Shown: positions 1 to 9,126 of the stretch, piece after piece | Position numbering within the stretch: the first letter of the stretch is position 1 | Layout: every line of letters begins with the position of its first letter | Virus record (IMG/VR): IMGVR_UViG_3300022602_000059 | DNA length: 27,059 nt | Direction: 5' to 3' (one strand) | DNA from: an uncultured virus (IMG/VR IMGVR_UViG_3300022602_000059) | Taxonomy: Duplodnaviria; Heunggongvirae; Uroviricota; Caudoviricetes | Notes under the pieces: generated by a model | Told to the model about the DNA's origin: nothing | Seen by the model: the letters and a program-made list of their open reading frames with translations, nothing else | The model's database searches: none | Made by a program: the position numbers and the translations under genes

Positions 1-77
1 GTGAGCTGGGTGTTTGTACCCGAGTAAGCGGTAGGTGACGCGGCAAGATTGCCAGTACCTGTAATACCTGATGCCAT
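1..77 (-). CDS. probable major capsid protein, N-terminal fragment (runs off window)
   Basis: ATG at 77 with AGGAG SD upstream; reads MASGITGTGNLAASPTAYSGTNTQL; directly follows the scaffold gene in terminase-portal-scaffold-capsid order. Confidence 0.7.
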   Translation of the reverse strand, partial: MASGITGTGNLAASPTAYSGTNTQL

Positions 78-118
78 TAGATATGACTCCTATTTAGATA
101 GTTGGATGGAATTTAGGT

Positions 119-910
119 TTAACCGAACAATCCCGACGATTTGCCTTGAGCCTTATCGCTCAGTAGGCGGCTTCTGTATTTTGCGTATTCGTTCATAGGC
201 ATGGCCGCGATTTCATCGGCCGTGAACTGACGTTGCTCCGAATTAGTTTCCAGTGGTCCAGCGGGTGGCAAGGTTGCCCTTGTCCCTGTCATGTCTCTGC
301 GAGCTGCTGTCATAGCCTGCTGTGCAGATTCAAGAATTTTTGCGGAGCGCTCTTGCAAACCAGCAATGCTGGAGTCGAGCTCTTCGCGGGTATTTCCGCT
401 AACTAGGTCTAACAGTTCTGGGATGATGTTGTCCCGTTCCTGGTCAAGTCGCTGTTGGCGGTAAGCTTGCAAATCAGCAAAAGCTTTTTCTTGTTCCAGA
501 AGAGCGATGGCGCGTTCGCGTTCTTGACGCTCACGCTCCAACTGTTCTTTCCACTCTTGCTCTTTGAGCTTGAGTAGGTCTTTAGCGCTAAGTTCATCTT
601 CTTGCTGCGCCTTAGTCTTAGCTAAGTTCTCAGCTTCTTGTTGAGCCTTGCGTGCGGCCTTCTCTTCTCGTTCCTTCTTGAGCTCTGAGACTTCCGCCTT
701 TAAGCTTTCAAGTTCAGGATAGAGCTTGTTCTTTTCCTGTGCACGGACTTTGGCCAAGTCTTCTTCAGTGTAAAACTTATTTGACTTGGTAGTAGGTGCT
801 TGCTCCGTAGTATTAACAGTAGGTGCGTCAACACCAGTTACGTTTACTACTGGAACGGTATTGGCTTCAGATGCAAACGCATCAGCCATTACTTCTGCTG
901 TTTCTGACAT
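119..910 (-). CDS. capsid scaffolding protein
   Basis: Glu/Lys/Gln-rich coiled coil with 'YTEEDLAKVR' and a short C-terminal helix; lies between portal and capsid; start moved to ATG 910 (TAAGGA SD). Confidence 0.75.
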   Translation of the reverse strand: MSETAEVMADAFASEANTVPVVNVTGVDAPTVNTTEQAPTTKSNKFYTEEDLAKVRAQEKNKLYPELESLKAEVSELKKEREEKAARKAQQEAENLAKTKAQQEDELSAKDLLKLKEQEWKEQLERERQERERAIALLEQEKAFADLQAYRQQRLDQERDNIIPELLDLVSGNTREELDSSIAGLQERSAKILESAQQAMTAARRDMTGTRATLPPAGPLETNSEQRQFTADEIAAMPMNEYAKYRSRLLSDKAQGKSSGLFG

Positions 911-1031
911 AGTTATGTCCTTATCCTCTGGGTCGTTTTCCAAGTAGGCCTAAGCCTGTATCACATATGACCAAACGTTGTTTGTATGTTTAATTTTGCC
1001 CTACGTAGGAAGAAATACAGCCTAAACTGCT

Positions 1032-2753
1032 TTACTTCTCGTAGTCTTGCGGAACTCTCCGTTGAGGGATTTTGGTTCCGTAAGCTTCGGTAACTAGGCG
1101 GTTACGTACCGCGCTCTCGCCTAGAGCATTCAACTGAGCCGCTTCATCTGCTAGAGGTGTAGGACCAGCAGGTGGTACAGCTGGCTGACCCTCAGGGCCA
1201 GTAGGCAAAGGTTCTGCCGTACCACCCTCAGCGCCAGGCAACATACCTGTCAGTGATGCGATTTCGTTAGCAATCTCAGTCTGGAGAAGCTTCAAGGCGC
1301 CATCGGCCTTAGCGTCATCCATAAGCTCTTGACGGATTTCCGTGAGCTTCTCAGCAGGGAACTCTTCTCCCAAAAGGCGTAAGGCGCCTTCCTTGGACTC
1401 TAAGCCAAGAGACATCTTGGTTTGAATCTCGTTCAAGATAATCAACTTATCCAGTGGGAGGGGTGGTGGGAAGTGTACGTAAGAGCGGAAAGTAATAGGG
1501 TCATCAAAATCAAGCTGTGCAAGCTGACCTGGCTTTAAAGGGGTCGTGCTGGAGTTAGGGTCCCAAGTAAAGGCCTCTGGTTCCTTAACAGCAAGGTTAA
1601 GTAGAACTAGCTCATTGACACGCTCAAGGCCGTGCGCGTATTGAATAATCTTTTGGTGGTAACGAGCCATAAGTGGTTGGAACTGAATGCTCAAAGCAAC
1701 GCCAGAAGTGTTGGAAATAGGTTGTGCTTGACCAAGGGCAGTCTCTGGAACACCTGTCATTTCGTGCATAGACTTCTTGAGCATTGCCATGAAGTCCATA
1801 GCACCTCTAAGGCCCTGTGCGCCGCCTTCAAGGTTTTCTACCTTCGCGTCCTTAGGTAGACCACCCCACACCTTGTTAGCGCCTTTTTCTAGCTGCGACG
1901 CCTTAGCACCGATAATAACTGTGACTGGCGCTGCATGGTAGTTGACGATGTCGGCAATATCCGTAGCCGTCTCATTGTACGTACGGTTAATAGAGATAAT
2001 TTGGTCGCAATCCGAAAGGCCCCACGGAGAGCCAGAGATACGAATGTTAGGAATATGAATAACGGGAATAACTCCCAGCGGGTTCGGCCGTGAGTCGATG
2101 AGTTCGTCATTGATGTATTCCTCGATGGTGTCGTCTGTCAGGATTTCAGTATATGTAAAGACCTGACGAGTTCCTTCTAACGATGTGCCCCAGAAACGAT
2201 ACTTGAGCTTAAAGCGGATGAGGCGCTCGCGGTCATGTGGATGAAACTCAGGAAATGCAAAGGAAGCGTTGAGTGGAAGAATACGTACGCGGCCTGGGTG
2301 TGCGCGGCCTACAGTGTCTACATAGGCTTCTTCGTAAGCTACCTTGATAAAGCAGTCGCCAGATACGGCGCCTTGCTGGCCAAGCTCCCAAAGGACGGTA
2401 GCCTTGTTGTTATCTACTTCCCAGACGCGCTCAAGAAGGTCAGGGACGATAGCTTCTGTTTCCTTAGGCGAGCGGAAGTTAACGCCCTTGCCAAAGGTGA
2501 AGTTAATAATAAAGTCAGTAATAGCTCGGAAGTAGTTCATTACCATCTGAGCTTCGCCAGTCTGGCGGCGGTAAGAGTAGTGGTGGCCTAGGTACATTGC
2601 CCAGTTCAGCGAATAGCGGTTAAGGCGAGGGCCGTGTACTTCAAATTCTTCGTCCGCTAGTTCTACAAGTCCCAGCGGGGAAATCGAGATTGTTAGGTCA
2701 GAGGAGGCTGCCCGATAACTCGGTGGCGAGAAATCAATAGAGCTCACCGACAC
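1032..2753 (-). CDS. portal protein (SPP1 gp6-like)
   Basis: 573 aa with portal-type motifs NPLGVIPVIHIPN, GLSD and SGVALSIQFQPL; position downstream of the terminase. Confidence 0.9.
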   Translation of the reverse strand: MSVSSIDFSPPSYRAASSDLTISISPLGLVELADEEFEVHGPRLNRYSLNWAMYLGHHYSYRRQTGEAQMVMNYFRAITDFIINFTFGKGVNFRSPKETEAIVPDLLERVWEVDNNKATVLWELGQQGAVSGDCFIKVAYEEAYVDTVGRAHPGRVRILPLNASFAFPEFHPHDRERLIRFKLKYRFWGTSLEGTRQVFTYTEILTDDTIEEYINDELIDSRPNPLGVIPVIHIPNIRISGSPWGLSDCDQIISINRTYNETATDIADIVNYHAAPVTVIIGAKASQLEKGANKVWGGLPKDAKVENLEGGAQGLRGAMDFMAMLKKSMHEMTGVPETALGQAQPISNTSGVALSIQFQPLMARYHQKIIQYAHGLERVNELVLLNLAVKEPEAFTWDPNSSTTPLKPGQLAQLDFDDPITFRSYVHFPPPLPLDKLIILNEIQTKMSLGLESKEGALRLLGEEFPAEKLTEIRQELMDDAKADGALKLLQTEIANEIASLTGMLPGAEGGTAEPLPTGPEGQPAVPPAGPTPLADEAAQLNALGESAVRNRLVTEAYGTKIPQRRVPQDYEK

Positions 2754-2803
2754 ATCCTCTCAATAAATCTATTTGTCGACATAGTGTAACACAAAGCTAG
2801 TTA

Positions 2804-3112
2804 TTATCTAAAACGCTCGCCGCGGATAAGGTTCTTGCCTACAGGCTTGGTAACCTTCTTCTTCTGGGCTTCCTCTATCTTCTTTTTCTTCTCAGCTACG
2901 TAGTCGCGCATCTTAGGGTCGACGTCTTTTTCAGATTGCACGAACTTGCCGCCTAACTGCGTATAACGGGCGTGAACCCAGTGTGCAGCGGCTGGTGAGG
3001 GGTAGACGCGGAACTTAGAGCGTGCCTGAGTCGTAAGCATGTTCCACAGCTTGGGATTTGCTGGTACTTGCTTTGGAGTTTCCTTAGCTTCTTGCCCTTG
3101 AATTAGTGCCAT
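2804..3112 (-). CDS. hypothetical basic protein
   Basis: 102-aa ORF with GAGGGTG SD, in the head module. Confidence 0.75.
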   Translation of the reverse strand: MALIQGQEAKETPKQVPANPKLWNMLTTQARSKFRVYPSPAAAHWVHARYTQLGGKFVQSEKDVDPKMRDYVAEKKKKIEEAQKKKVTKPVGKNLIRGERFR

Positions 3113-3126
3113 ATCACCCTCGTAGA

Positions 3127-3165
3127 CCTGTACCCCCGCAGGAGGTGGAATGAGCGGGGGTCAGG
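3127..3165 (-). other. GC-rich stem-loop with anti-SD/anti-AUG loop
   Basis: CCTG-ACCCCCGC-[TCATTCCACCTCCT]-GCGGGGGT-A-CAGG; no U-tract. Confidence 0.7.
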
Positions 3166-3178
3166 AGCTTGTTAGTAA

Positions 3179-3577
3179 TTAGTCGTTTACTACTGCTGGG
3201 TTAAGGCGGTACTGGTGTGCACCATTACGCATAACCTCTTCGATGCGGTTATCGCCATGGTCAGCGAATGCACCATTTGAGAACTCCTGAAGTGTGTTAG
3301 GAGCTTCGACCCATGCAGCTGAACCGACGTGAGCACGCTCACGCATTGTCTCTTCTGGGTACTTCTCGAATACGTTAGCGTTGCGGTTTGGACGTCCAGC
3401 GGCTGCAATGTAGCCCTGGCCAGCGCCCTTTGAGAATTCGTTTGGAACGTCTGTATCAGTAGCAAGACCTTCTTCAAAGCGAAGTGGGCCACGTTGTCCT
3501 GGGAGAGCTGGCGACATCTTACGGTCGTAGACGATTGGCGCAGTCTCTGGGAACTTTGGGTCTGGTGCGATTGTCAT
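3179..3577 (-). CDS. hypothetical protein (head module)
   Basis: 132-aa ORF with strong AAGGAG SD. Confidence 0.8.
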   Translation of the reverse strand: MTIAPDPKFPETAPIVYDRKMSPALPGQRGPLRFEEGLATDTDVPNEFSKGAGQGYIAAAGRPNRNANVFEKYPEETMRERAHVGSAAWVEAPNTLQEFSNGAFADHGDNRIEEVMRNGAHQYRLNPAVVND

Positions 3578-3658
3578 ATATGACTCCTTGAAATATGGGT
3601 TTGAGGACCTCAGTTAAAAGTGTGCTACAGAAAGGTCTTGGCGTAAGGCTAAACGCGC

Positions 3659-5242
3659 TTATCTTGAGAAGAAGAGGTTTGAGGTCACCTCTACGTTTGG
3701 CATAGCCAAGTCCATAGTTAGCGCAGTTGCAATAGCCAGCGAGTCCGCAAAGTCGTCGTGGGCATGGGCTTCATCTGGAGCAGCGGCTGAGAAGTTAGGT
3801 CCGTTGAACTTCACCTCTAGGTCAGTCATCTGCTGATAGAAACGCTTCCACGTACGCAGGCGGCGTGTTTTTGCATGGGCAGGCCAACCTACTAAGCGTC
3901 GGTCAATAAGCTGCTTGAGGTGCTTCCAACGCTTGGACTGCTCCTGCTGGGAGCTTCCAACAGAATGAACCTCGGCGCGGGGTAGCAGGATTTTAAGGCG
4001 CTGAGCAACAGCGTCGCCCACACCGTTTGCATCTACACCTACTGCTAGTACGTCGTAGTTGCTGAGGAAGTTAACAATCTGGAAGTACTGGTCTTCCCAG
4101 TCATCGCCTTGGATTTCCAACCAGTTAAGAATACGGTGGTCATATAAGCCGAACTCATCAGGCCTATCCCAGTCAACCCAAACAACGGTGACTACCGTGC
4201 TGTCCATCTTGCGGGCTGGGTCAACACCCACAACCACGGGCGAGCGGTGCCACGCCTTAACAATCTCTTGTGAGGTATCCCCCAGCTCATCCATAATGGT
4301 TGAGGTAACGAACATACCTCTTTCCAACAGCCACTTGCCGCAGTACGACATTTGGAACTCATCAGAGTCTTCACCGATACGTAGCATCTCGCGCTTAATG
4401 AACTTAGCGTAGTTAGGGTTGCACTTGGCAACATCACGCCAATCCCATTCAAAATGGTTCTGTCGTGCGCGGCTACCTGTCTGGCGGCGCTTGTTCAGCT
4501 GGATTGAACGGTAAAAATTATTTTTGCTAGTAGTCGGCGTGCCAGTCTTGACCATTGTTCCAGAATAATAAGCAAGCATAGGACTAATGGATTTGCTAAC
4601 CACAAAATCATCCGCTTCTTGGCACTCATCAATAACAATAAGATGGAAAGACTTAGATTCAATCTTGGCCCTCGGGTTTGCTGTCATCATGGTGAGCGTA
4701 GAGCCAGACTTCTTGAGCTTAATCTGACGTGTGACACCCGCCACTTTACTAATGGAGTCATCAATCTCTGCATCGGCAAGGATTTCGTTAGCCGTCTCAG
4801 ATGTGAGGCGGTTCACAGCTCTGCCGAACAGGGTTTCTACCTGTCCTTCGACAGGGGCAAACATACCAATCCAGATGCCGTCTTTGTACTTTCCCAGTAG
4901 GTCAGGAAATAGTTGGGCTAGGCGTGGTAGGAGAATCATAAGGGTAACAACCGTGTTAGCGATAGTCTCAGACTTACCCGACTGACGGGCTGCTAGGGCT
5001 GTGATTTCTTCGCCGTCATTAATAATAACCGACTCAATAATACGTCGGGCCAGCGGTACTTGATAGGGGTGAAGGTCGTGCCCAACAAACTGGGCCATAA
5101 ACTTCATGATGCGGTCAATGAGGGTCTTGACGAATTCTTTAGAGAGCTCGTCTAGCTCTTCTTCTTCGTCCTGCTCTTCAACGGCGAGGTCGTCCTCATC
5201 CTCGAGGAACTCCTCTTCGTCAATAAATTCTTGTTCGCTCAT
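3659..5242 (-). CDS. terL: terminase large subunit
   Basis: Walker A AARQSGKS, Walker B LIVIDE, GTP coupling motif, RNase H-like nuclease motifs GVDPA and HDDFADSLA. Confidence 0.95.
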   Translation of the reverse strand: MSEQEFIDEEEFLEDEDDLAVEEQDEEEELDELSKEFVKTLIDRIMKFMAQFVGHDLHPYQVPLARRIIESVIINDGEEITALAARQSGKSETIANTVVTLMILLPRLAQLFPDLLGKYKDGIWIGMFAPVEGQVETLFGRAVNRLTSETANEILADAEIDDSISKVAGVTRQIKLKKSGSTLTMMTANPRAKIESKSFHLIVIDECQEADDFVVSKSISPMLAYYSGTMVKTGTPTTSKNNFYRSIQLNKRRQTGSRARQNHFEWDWRDVAKCNPNYAKFIKREMLRIGEDSDEFQMSYCGKWLLERGMFVTSTIMDELGDTSQEIVKAWHRSPVVVGVDPARKMDSTVVTVVWVDWDRPDEFGLYDHRILNWLEIQGDDWEDQYFQIVNFLSNYDVLAVGVDANGVGDAVAQRLKILLPRAEVHSVGSSQQEQSKRWKHLKQLIDRRLVGWPAHAKTRRLRTWKRFYQQMTDLEVKFNGPNFSAAAPDEAHAHDDFADSLAIATALTMDLAMPNVEVTSNLFFSR

Positions 5243-5281
5243 GTTGTCCGATTCAGTAGCTGATTAAAGAAAGTCTAGAGC

Positions 5282-5315
5282 AAACAAAGAAGCCTGGGCT
5301 GTTAAACCCAGGCTC
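5282..5315 (-). terminator. intrinsic terminator
   Basis: AGCCTGGG/CCCAGGCT stem followed by TCTTTGTTT on the minus strand. Confidence 0.7.
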
Positions 5316-5350
5316 TAAGTACCTGATGGGAGAGATGGAAACGAGGTGCT
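5282..5350 (-). ncRNA. candidate ~65-nt small RNA (CU-rich loop plus terminator)
   Basis: TATACT -10 box at 5354-5359, then ACCT-[CGTTTCCATCTCTCCCATC]-AGGT, then the terminator; no ORF. Confidence 0.4.
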
Positions 5351-5391
5351 ATAAGTATAGAGCAAATGTCGACAAATTGCTAATCGGGTAG

Positions 5392-5631
5392 TTAGTATCC
5401 GTTGCGTTGTGCGATAGCTTCGATGACTGCGTGAACGGCCTCTGCGCCAGTGCGTGCCTCTAGAAGAAGTTCAGGGCTACCCGTGCGCTCGTATGCGATA
5501 AGGGTACGGCCTAGTTCGTTGATTGCCTGCTCTCCCCAGCGGGTAAGTTCGGCTGTAGGGATGCGTTGTACACGCTTGGCAATCCTAGGGCTAAAGGGTT
5601 TATCCCAATGCTTGTTGCGCTTAAAGTTCAT
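5392..5631 (-). CDS. hypothetical helical protein
   Basis: 79 aa from ATG 5631 (MNFKRNKHW...), overlapping the end of the upstream gene. Confidence 0.7.
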   Translation of the reverse strand: MNFKRNKHWDKPFSPRIAKRVQRIPTAELTRWGEQAINELGRTLIAYERTGSPELLLEARTGAEAVHAVIEAIAQRNGY

Positions 5632-5932
5632 TAATGACCCAATCGCCTGAATACTCTGCTTGAGGGGATTCCCACCCCTCAATCTCGGAGAGTTCAACTT
5701 GGTGTATATGGGACTTGATGGCATTCGTTAGTGCTTCCTCTTCAGGCAGGGCTTCAGTAAACCAGCCAATCGCATATCCTGGACGGGTAAATGGTACACG
5801 AAAAACTAGGCAGGTTCCCTTGCGGTAGGGCTCTTCAATTTCTTGGCTCCAGCCTTTTTCTACAAAGGGCCAGAAACGGCGATGGCCGTACTTAACTGTT
5901 GTTACGTATAGTGGTCCGATTAATGAGTGCAT
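5621..5932 (-). CDS. hypothetical protein
   Basis: 103-aa ORF tightly packed in the operon. Confidence 0.7.
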   Translation of the reverse strand: MHSLIGPLYVTTVKYGHRRFWPFVEKGWSQEIEEPYRKGTCLVFRVPFTRPGYAIGWFTEALPEEEALTNAIKSHIHQVELSEIEGWESPQAEYSGDWVINEL

Positions 5933-5935
5933 CTG

Positions 5936-6460
5936 TTAGTACACGCCTCCCTGGCCTCTAAGTCGGTAGCGTACGCCCTTACCGCCCAGCTTGGTGCTCT
6001 GCTTACCCTTCAGCGCTTGCTGTTGGCGACGGCTTCGCTCTAGGTTTGCAGTTAGAGCGGCACGGCGACGAGGAGACATAGTGCTCAGGTCTACAGGGCC
6101 CATGTCATAGATGCCTGCGTCAAATCCGTTTTCATGAAGGAACTTGCCCTTGGATGTTGCGCTTTTAAAACCGTTCCACGTCTCTGGGTCTACCCCAGCG
6201 TAGTACCAATAGGTAGTGTCATTAAAAACCACGTACATGGTTTGCTCTTTGGAGTCGTATGCAGCGCGAAGTGTGCGTGGACGAGCAGGATTAGTTGTTG
6301 AGGTTTGGATAAAGTGAAGGTCGCTTGGGAGCTCTTGCCCTACTTGGGATTCTGTTTGCTCAACCGTATCAATGGCCTCGAATTCGCGGTCAATGGCGCT
6401 TTCAACACCCATGCCCCGTTGCAGGGCGGCAGCTTCATCGTTACTAATAAAGTCAGCCAT
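5936..6460 (-). CDS. KTSC domain protein
   Basis: AAYDSKEQTMYVVF...YWYYAGVDPETWNGFKSATSKGKF matches the KTSC pattern; TAATG coupling at 6460. Confidence 0.8.
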   Translation of the reverse strand: MADFISNDEAAALQRGMGVESAIDREFEAIDTVEQTESQVGQELPSDLHFIQTSTTNPARPRTLRAAYDSKEQTMYVVFNDTTYWYYAGVDPETWNGFKSATSKGKFLHENGFDAGIYDMGPVDLSTMSPRRRAALTANLERSRRQQQALKGKQSTKLGGKGVRYRLRGQGGVY

Positions 6461-6723
6461 TATTCCTCGCAAACGTGGTTTTCGGTCTCAGTCTCCAGTA
6501 CTCGCTCGTAGCAGGTTCCACAGCGAAGCCACTTAGGTGGCTTGAAGTTATTCTGAGCAGTTGCTCCAGCTTCAAACTCTAAACCATCAGGGTTGAGGGC
6601 TGGTGCGTAATTGTCTACAATTTCAGGTTCATCAAATAGCTCGGGTGGAAAAGGTCCACGTGGCGAGACGATGCGGTTAGGTATCGGGTGTACCTGTACG
6701 GCGTTATGCCGTGTAAGGCGCAT
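6460..6723 (-). CDS. hypothetical protein with C-terminal CxxC...HxC zinc motif
   Basis: CGTC...HVC; coupled by TAATG overlaps on both sides. Confidence 0.75.
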   Translation of the reverse strand: MRLTRHNAVQVHPIPNRIVSPRGPFPPELFDEPEIVDNYAPALNPDGLEFEAGATAQNNFKPPKWLRCGTCYERVLETETENHVCEE

Positions 6724-6908
6724 TACTCAGCCTTAGGTTCTGAAGCCTTTGGTTTTGCTGGTGCAGCTTTTTCTGGAAGGCGAAGTTGCCCTGCATCGGC
6801 TCGCTTCTGCAAGTGCTTAGGAAGACAGATGGCGCAATAGTAGACAGGGTTGGCGCCTGGGTTATTGAGGTAGTAGACAGCTTCACGGCTGCAGTTAGCA
6901 CACTTCAT
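6723..6908 (-). CDS. small zinc-finger protein
   Basis: CANC...CAICLPKH; AAGGAG SD; TGCTATACT extended -10 upstream. Confidence 0.75.
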   Translation of the reverse strand: MKCANCSREAVYYLNNPGANPVYYCAICLPKHLQKRADAGQLRLPEKAAPAKPKASEPKAE

Positions 6909-6941
6909 TTAGTACTCCTTGGTTTGAATGTTCAGTATAGC

Positions 6942-6968
6942 AAAAAAGGGGGCCGAAGCCCCCTTCTT
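6942..6968 (-). terminator. intrinsic terminator ending the lysis operon
   Basis: AAGGGGGC-TTCG-GCCCCCTTTTTT: C(UUCG)G tetraloop plus U6. Confidence 0.9.
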
Positions 6969-6979
6969 CACTTAATGAC

Positions 6980-7279
6980 TTACTTAGCTGCGTCTACAGC
7001 TGCCTTAGCAACAGCCTTCTGAGCGTCCGCTACTGCTGCGGTAGCAACAGAGGTCAACGCTGAGGTTGTTACTGAATCAAGATGCTCCTGCTTAGCAAGG
7101 TCTGTTACAACACCCTTAGGGTTGAACTTAGCCAACAATGGACCAACAACGCCAACTACTGCCGCCCAAAGGACGTGCTTGATGTGGTGGTTGCCTGTCT
7201 GCCAGATTGCTACAGCTGATGCTGCGGTTGCGTAAACATAGTGCTCAACAAGAGCCTTTTCTGAACGTGTGATTTTCAT
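6980..7279 (-). CDS. probable holin
   Basis: 99 aa, two hydrophobic segments followed by 'GPLLAKFNPK'; last gene of the endolysin operon. Confidence 0.65.
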   Translation of the reverse strand: MKITRSEKALVEHYVYATAASAVAIWQTGNHHIKHVLWAAVVGVVGPLLAKFNPKGVVTDLAKQEHLDSVTTSALTSVATAAVADAQKAVAKAAVDAAK

Positions 7280-7282
7280 GTC

Positions 7283-7516
7283 TTACTGCTCGCTTTCGAT
7301 GTTGTTAGCGTACGGGGTCACAATATGTGACTCTGACTCTACGTCGGGTCGTGACGTAGGGTTATGCGGTACGGCTCCCCCTGTTAGGGCAGCTAATGCT
7401 ACCTCTGTTAGATGGCTGGGGTCAACTGAGAAATTGCTAGCTTTCCATGCGGCGAGTCCCGCTACGCCAGCTAGACCTACGGCCTTAGGGTCGCTTACGG
7501 GGAACTTGAATGGCAC
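7283..7516 (-). CDS. small membrane protein (possible second holin-like)
   Basis: 77 aa with two short hydrophobic stretches, within the lysis operon. Confidence 0.55.
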   Translation of the reverse strand: MPFKFPVSDPKAVGLAGVAGLAAWKASNFSVDPSHLTEVALAALTGGAVPHNPTSRPDVESESHIVTPYANNIESEQ

Positions 7517-7817
7517 TGTGCACCTCTTTGATTAGATGAAGGGCCTCTTCGACACGCTTGTGGGTTTGCCCATCAAGGTTGAGGTCCTTTTCAATTATAG
7601 CCCTGTCTTCGTCGCCTGAACGGTTAGTAGCGTTCAATAACAAGCCAGATAGGAGGATAGACTCCAATGAGACGATAAGGGTAAGAAGGTTAAATGGATA
7701 CGGGTCAAAAACGGCAAAGGTCATCCACGCAGTCCAAAAGACCATGTGGAAGATAAGGAACCACGGTGAGCCAAAAGCTGTTGCGGCCCAGTCCGACATT
7801 CTTTGAAAATACTTCAT
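7485..7817 (-). CDS. DUF1003-family membrane protein
   Basis: FGSPWFLIFH...FDPYPFNLLTLIVSLE...NR...DR signature. Confidence 0.85.
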   Translation of the reverse strand: MKYFQRMSDWAATAFGSPWFLIFHMVFWTAWMTFAVFDPYPFNLLTLIVSLESILLSGLLLNATNRSGDEDRAIIEKDLNLDGQTHKRVEEALHLIKEVHSAIQVPRKRP

Positions 7818-8683
7818 TAAGCTCCTGCTTCCTTAATCATTGAGGCATAGGTAGCGGCGTCTAATCCCTTAGAGGATTTGAGCGCTGGGAATTTTTTCTG
7901 GTAAACGGGTACCAACGCCAAGTCCTCTGTAGTTAGTGTCCCTTTGACTAGATTGCTTGGGAGCAGCCCAGCCTTTTCTAAAGCTGTCTCTACTATCAAC
8001 GCCGCCTGAGTCTTGAGCCCAGCCTTAAACGCTGAGGTGCCAGGGAACGGCGGTGCAACTAATACTGTGGTTGTTTTAACTGTAGTCGCTGTAGTGGTGT
8101 GAGTTGCAATCGCCGCTCCCCCACCGCCAAGAGCTGTTACGGCGGCTACACCAGTCGCTAATGGCTTGCTGTTAGCGGTCTTGGAGATAGCGGGTTTTGA
8201 GCCCTCTTCGTACGCTGGGCGAACAATTGCAAGGACAAAAAGGTATGGGCGATGGCGTAGATAAACACCATGACCATCAGCCTGTGGAGAGTTAGCTGTG
8301 TAGTGGTCAGGAGTGGTGTTGCCACCAATTGTTGTGATGCCATCTTTAGAGGCGGCTACTACTAGCTCAACATGGTCAGGAATAGAGTTTCCAGAAAAGC
8401 TGTAAAAGACTATATCTCCAGGAAGTGCGGAGTACTTATCCACAACCTGCTTGTTCTTCTGGAACCAGGTCAGCCCAGCTGGGCAGTAAGAGAAGCCTTT
8501 AGGTGTTTGAGCAGCTACAAGATGAGAAGCGTTAGCCTGTGCAAAGCACCATGAGATGAACATGGCACACCACGGCTCGTTAGAAATGCCGTACCAGTCG
8601 CCGTAAGGGTTCTTGTCGGTAGCTCCGCCATAGAAGTTAACTTGCTTCTGTGCAATGTTGATGATGTCTACGCCAGCTGTCAT
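7817..8683 (-). CDS. endolysin with CHAP amidase/peptidase domain and putative C-terminal wall-binding region
   Basis: PWCAMFISWCF (Cys), PGDIVFY, DHVELV (His), TIGGNT; Thr/Ala-rich linker; PPFPG-containing C-terminus. Confidence 0.88.
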   Translation of the reverse strand: MTAGVDIINIAQKQVNFYGGATDKNPYGDWYGISNEPWCAMFISWCFAQANASHLVAAQTPKGFSYCPAGLTWFQKNKQVVDKYSALPGDIVFYSFSGNSIPDHVELVVAASKDGITTIGGNTTPDHYTANSPQADGHGVYLRHRPYLFVLAIVRPAYEEGSKPAISKTANSKPLATGVAAVTALGGGGAAIATHTTTATTVKTTTVLVAPPFPGTSAFKAGLKTQAALIVETALEKAGLLPSNLVKGTLTTEDLALVPVYQKKFPALKSSKGLDAATYASMIKEAGA

Positions 8684-9126
8684 TTGTCTAGCTCCTTATT
8701 CGTTACTACTTCAGCAGCAGCCGCTGTTCCTACCTTTCTGTAACGAAAGGTTTCCCACAGGGGCGCTGGGATTTCATGGATGCCGTAGCGTGTACGGTGA
8801 TGTGCTTCGCAGAGCACTTCTAGGTTTCCTGGGCTTTCAATCCAAGCTTGGAACTCATCGTCGTTAGCAAAGTGAACGCCAAAGGCCTCTTCCACTCTTG
8901 CTGGGTCCATGTTGTTTACCTGAGAAAACTCAATGTGGCTGTGGTGAAGCTCTGGGCCTCCTGAGCAGAAGTCGTCGTTGATGATGCACTTCCACAGACC
9001 AGCCGCCTTGATGCGAGCCTTTGCCTGATTGAATAGGTGGTAGTGAGGGTCAGATTCCCGTGGCTCGTGGGCAGGTACGGAGACAGCGAGGTGAAGGTTC
9101 AGTGCATTCTTGTGAGCTTCGGTCAC
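8680..9126 (-). CDS. HNH-like protein
   Basis: C...C...ELHH...GNLEVLCEAHH...GIH; GTG start overlaps the upstream TGA (GTGA). Confidence 0.65.
   Translation of the reverse strand: MTEAHKNALNLHLAVSVPAHEPRESDPHYHLFNQAKARIKAAGLWKCIINDDFCSGGPELHHSHIEFSQVNNMDPARVEEAFGVHFANDDEFQAWIESPGNLEVLCEAHHRTRYGIHEIPAPLWETFRYRKVGTAAAAEVVTNKELDK

Noticed and set aside
5322..5346. Hammerhead-like CTGATG...GAAAC on the plus strand
   Set aside because: Core reads CUGAUGG rather than CUGAUGA, there is no stem II, and no stem I/III with a cleavage triplet could be built
8436..8444. Perfect DnaA box inside the endolysin gene
   Set aside because: Single copy explained by Val-Asp-Lys codons
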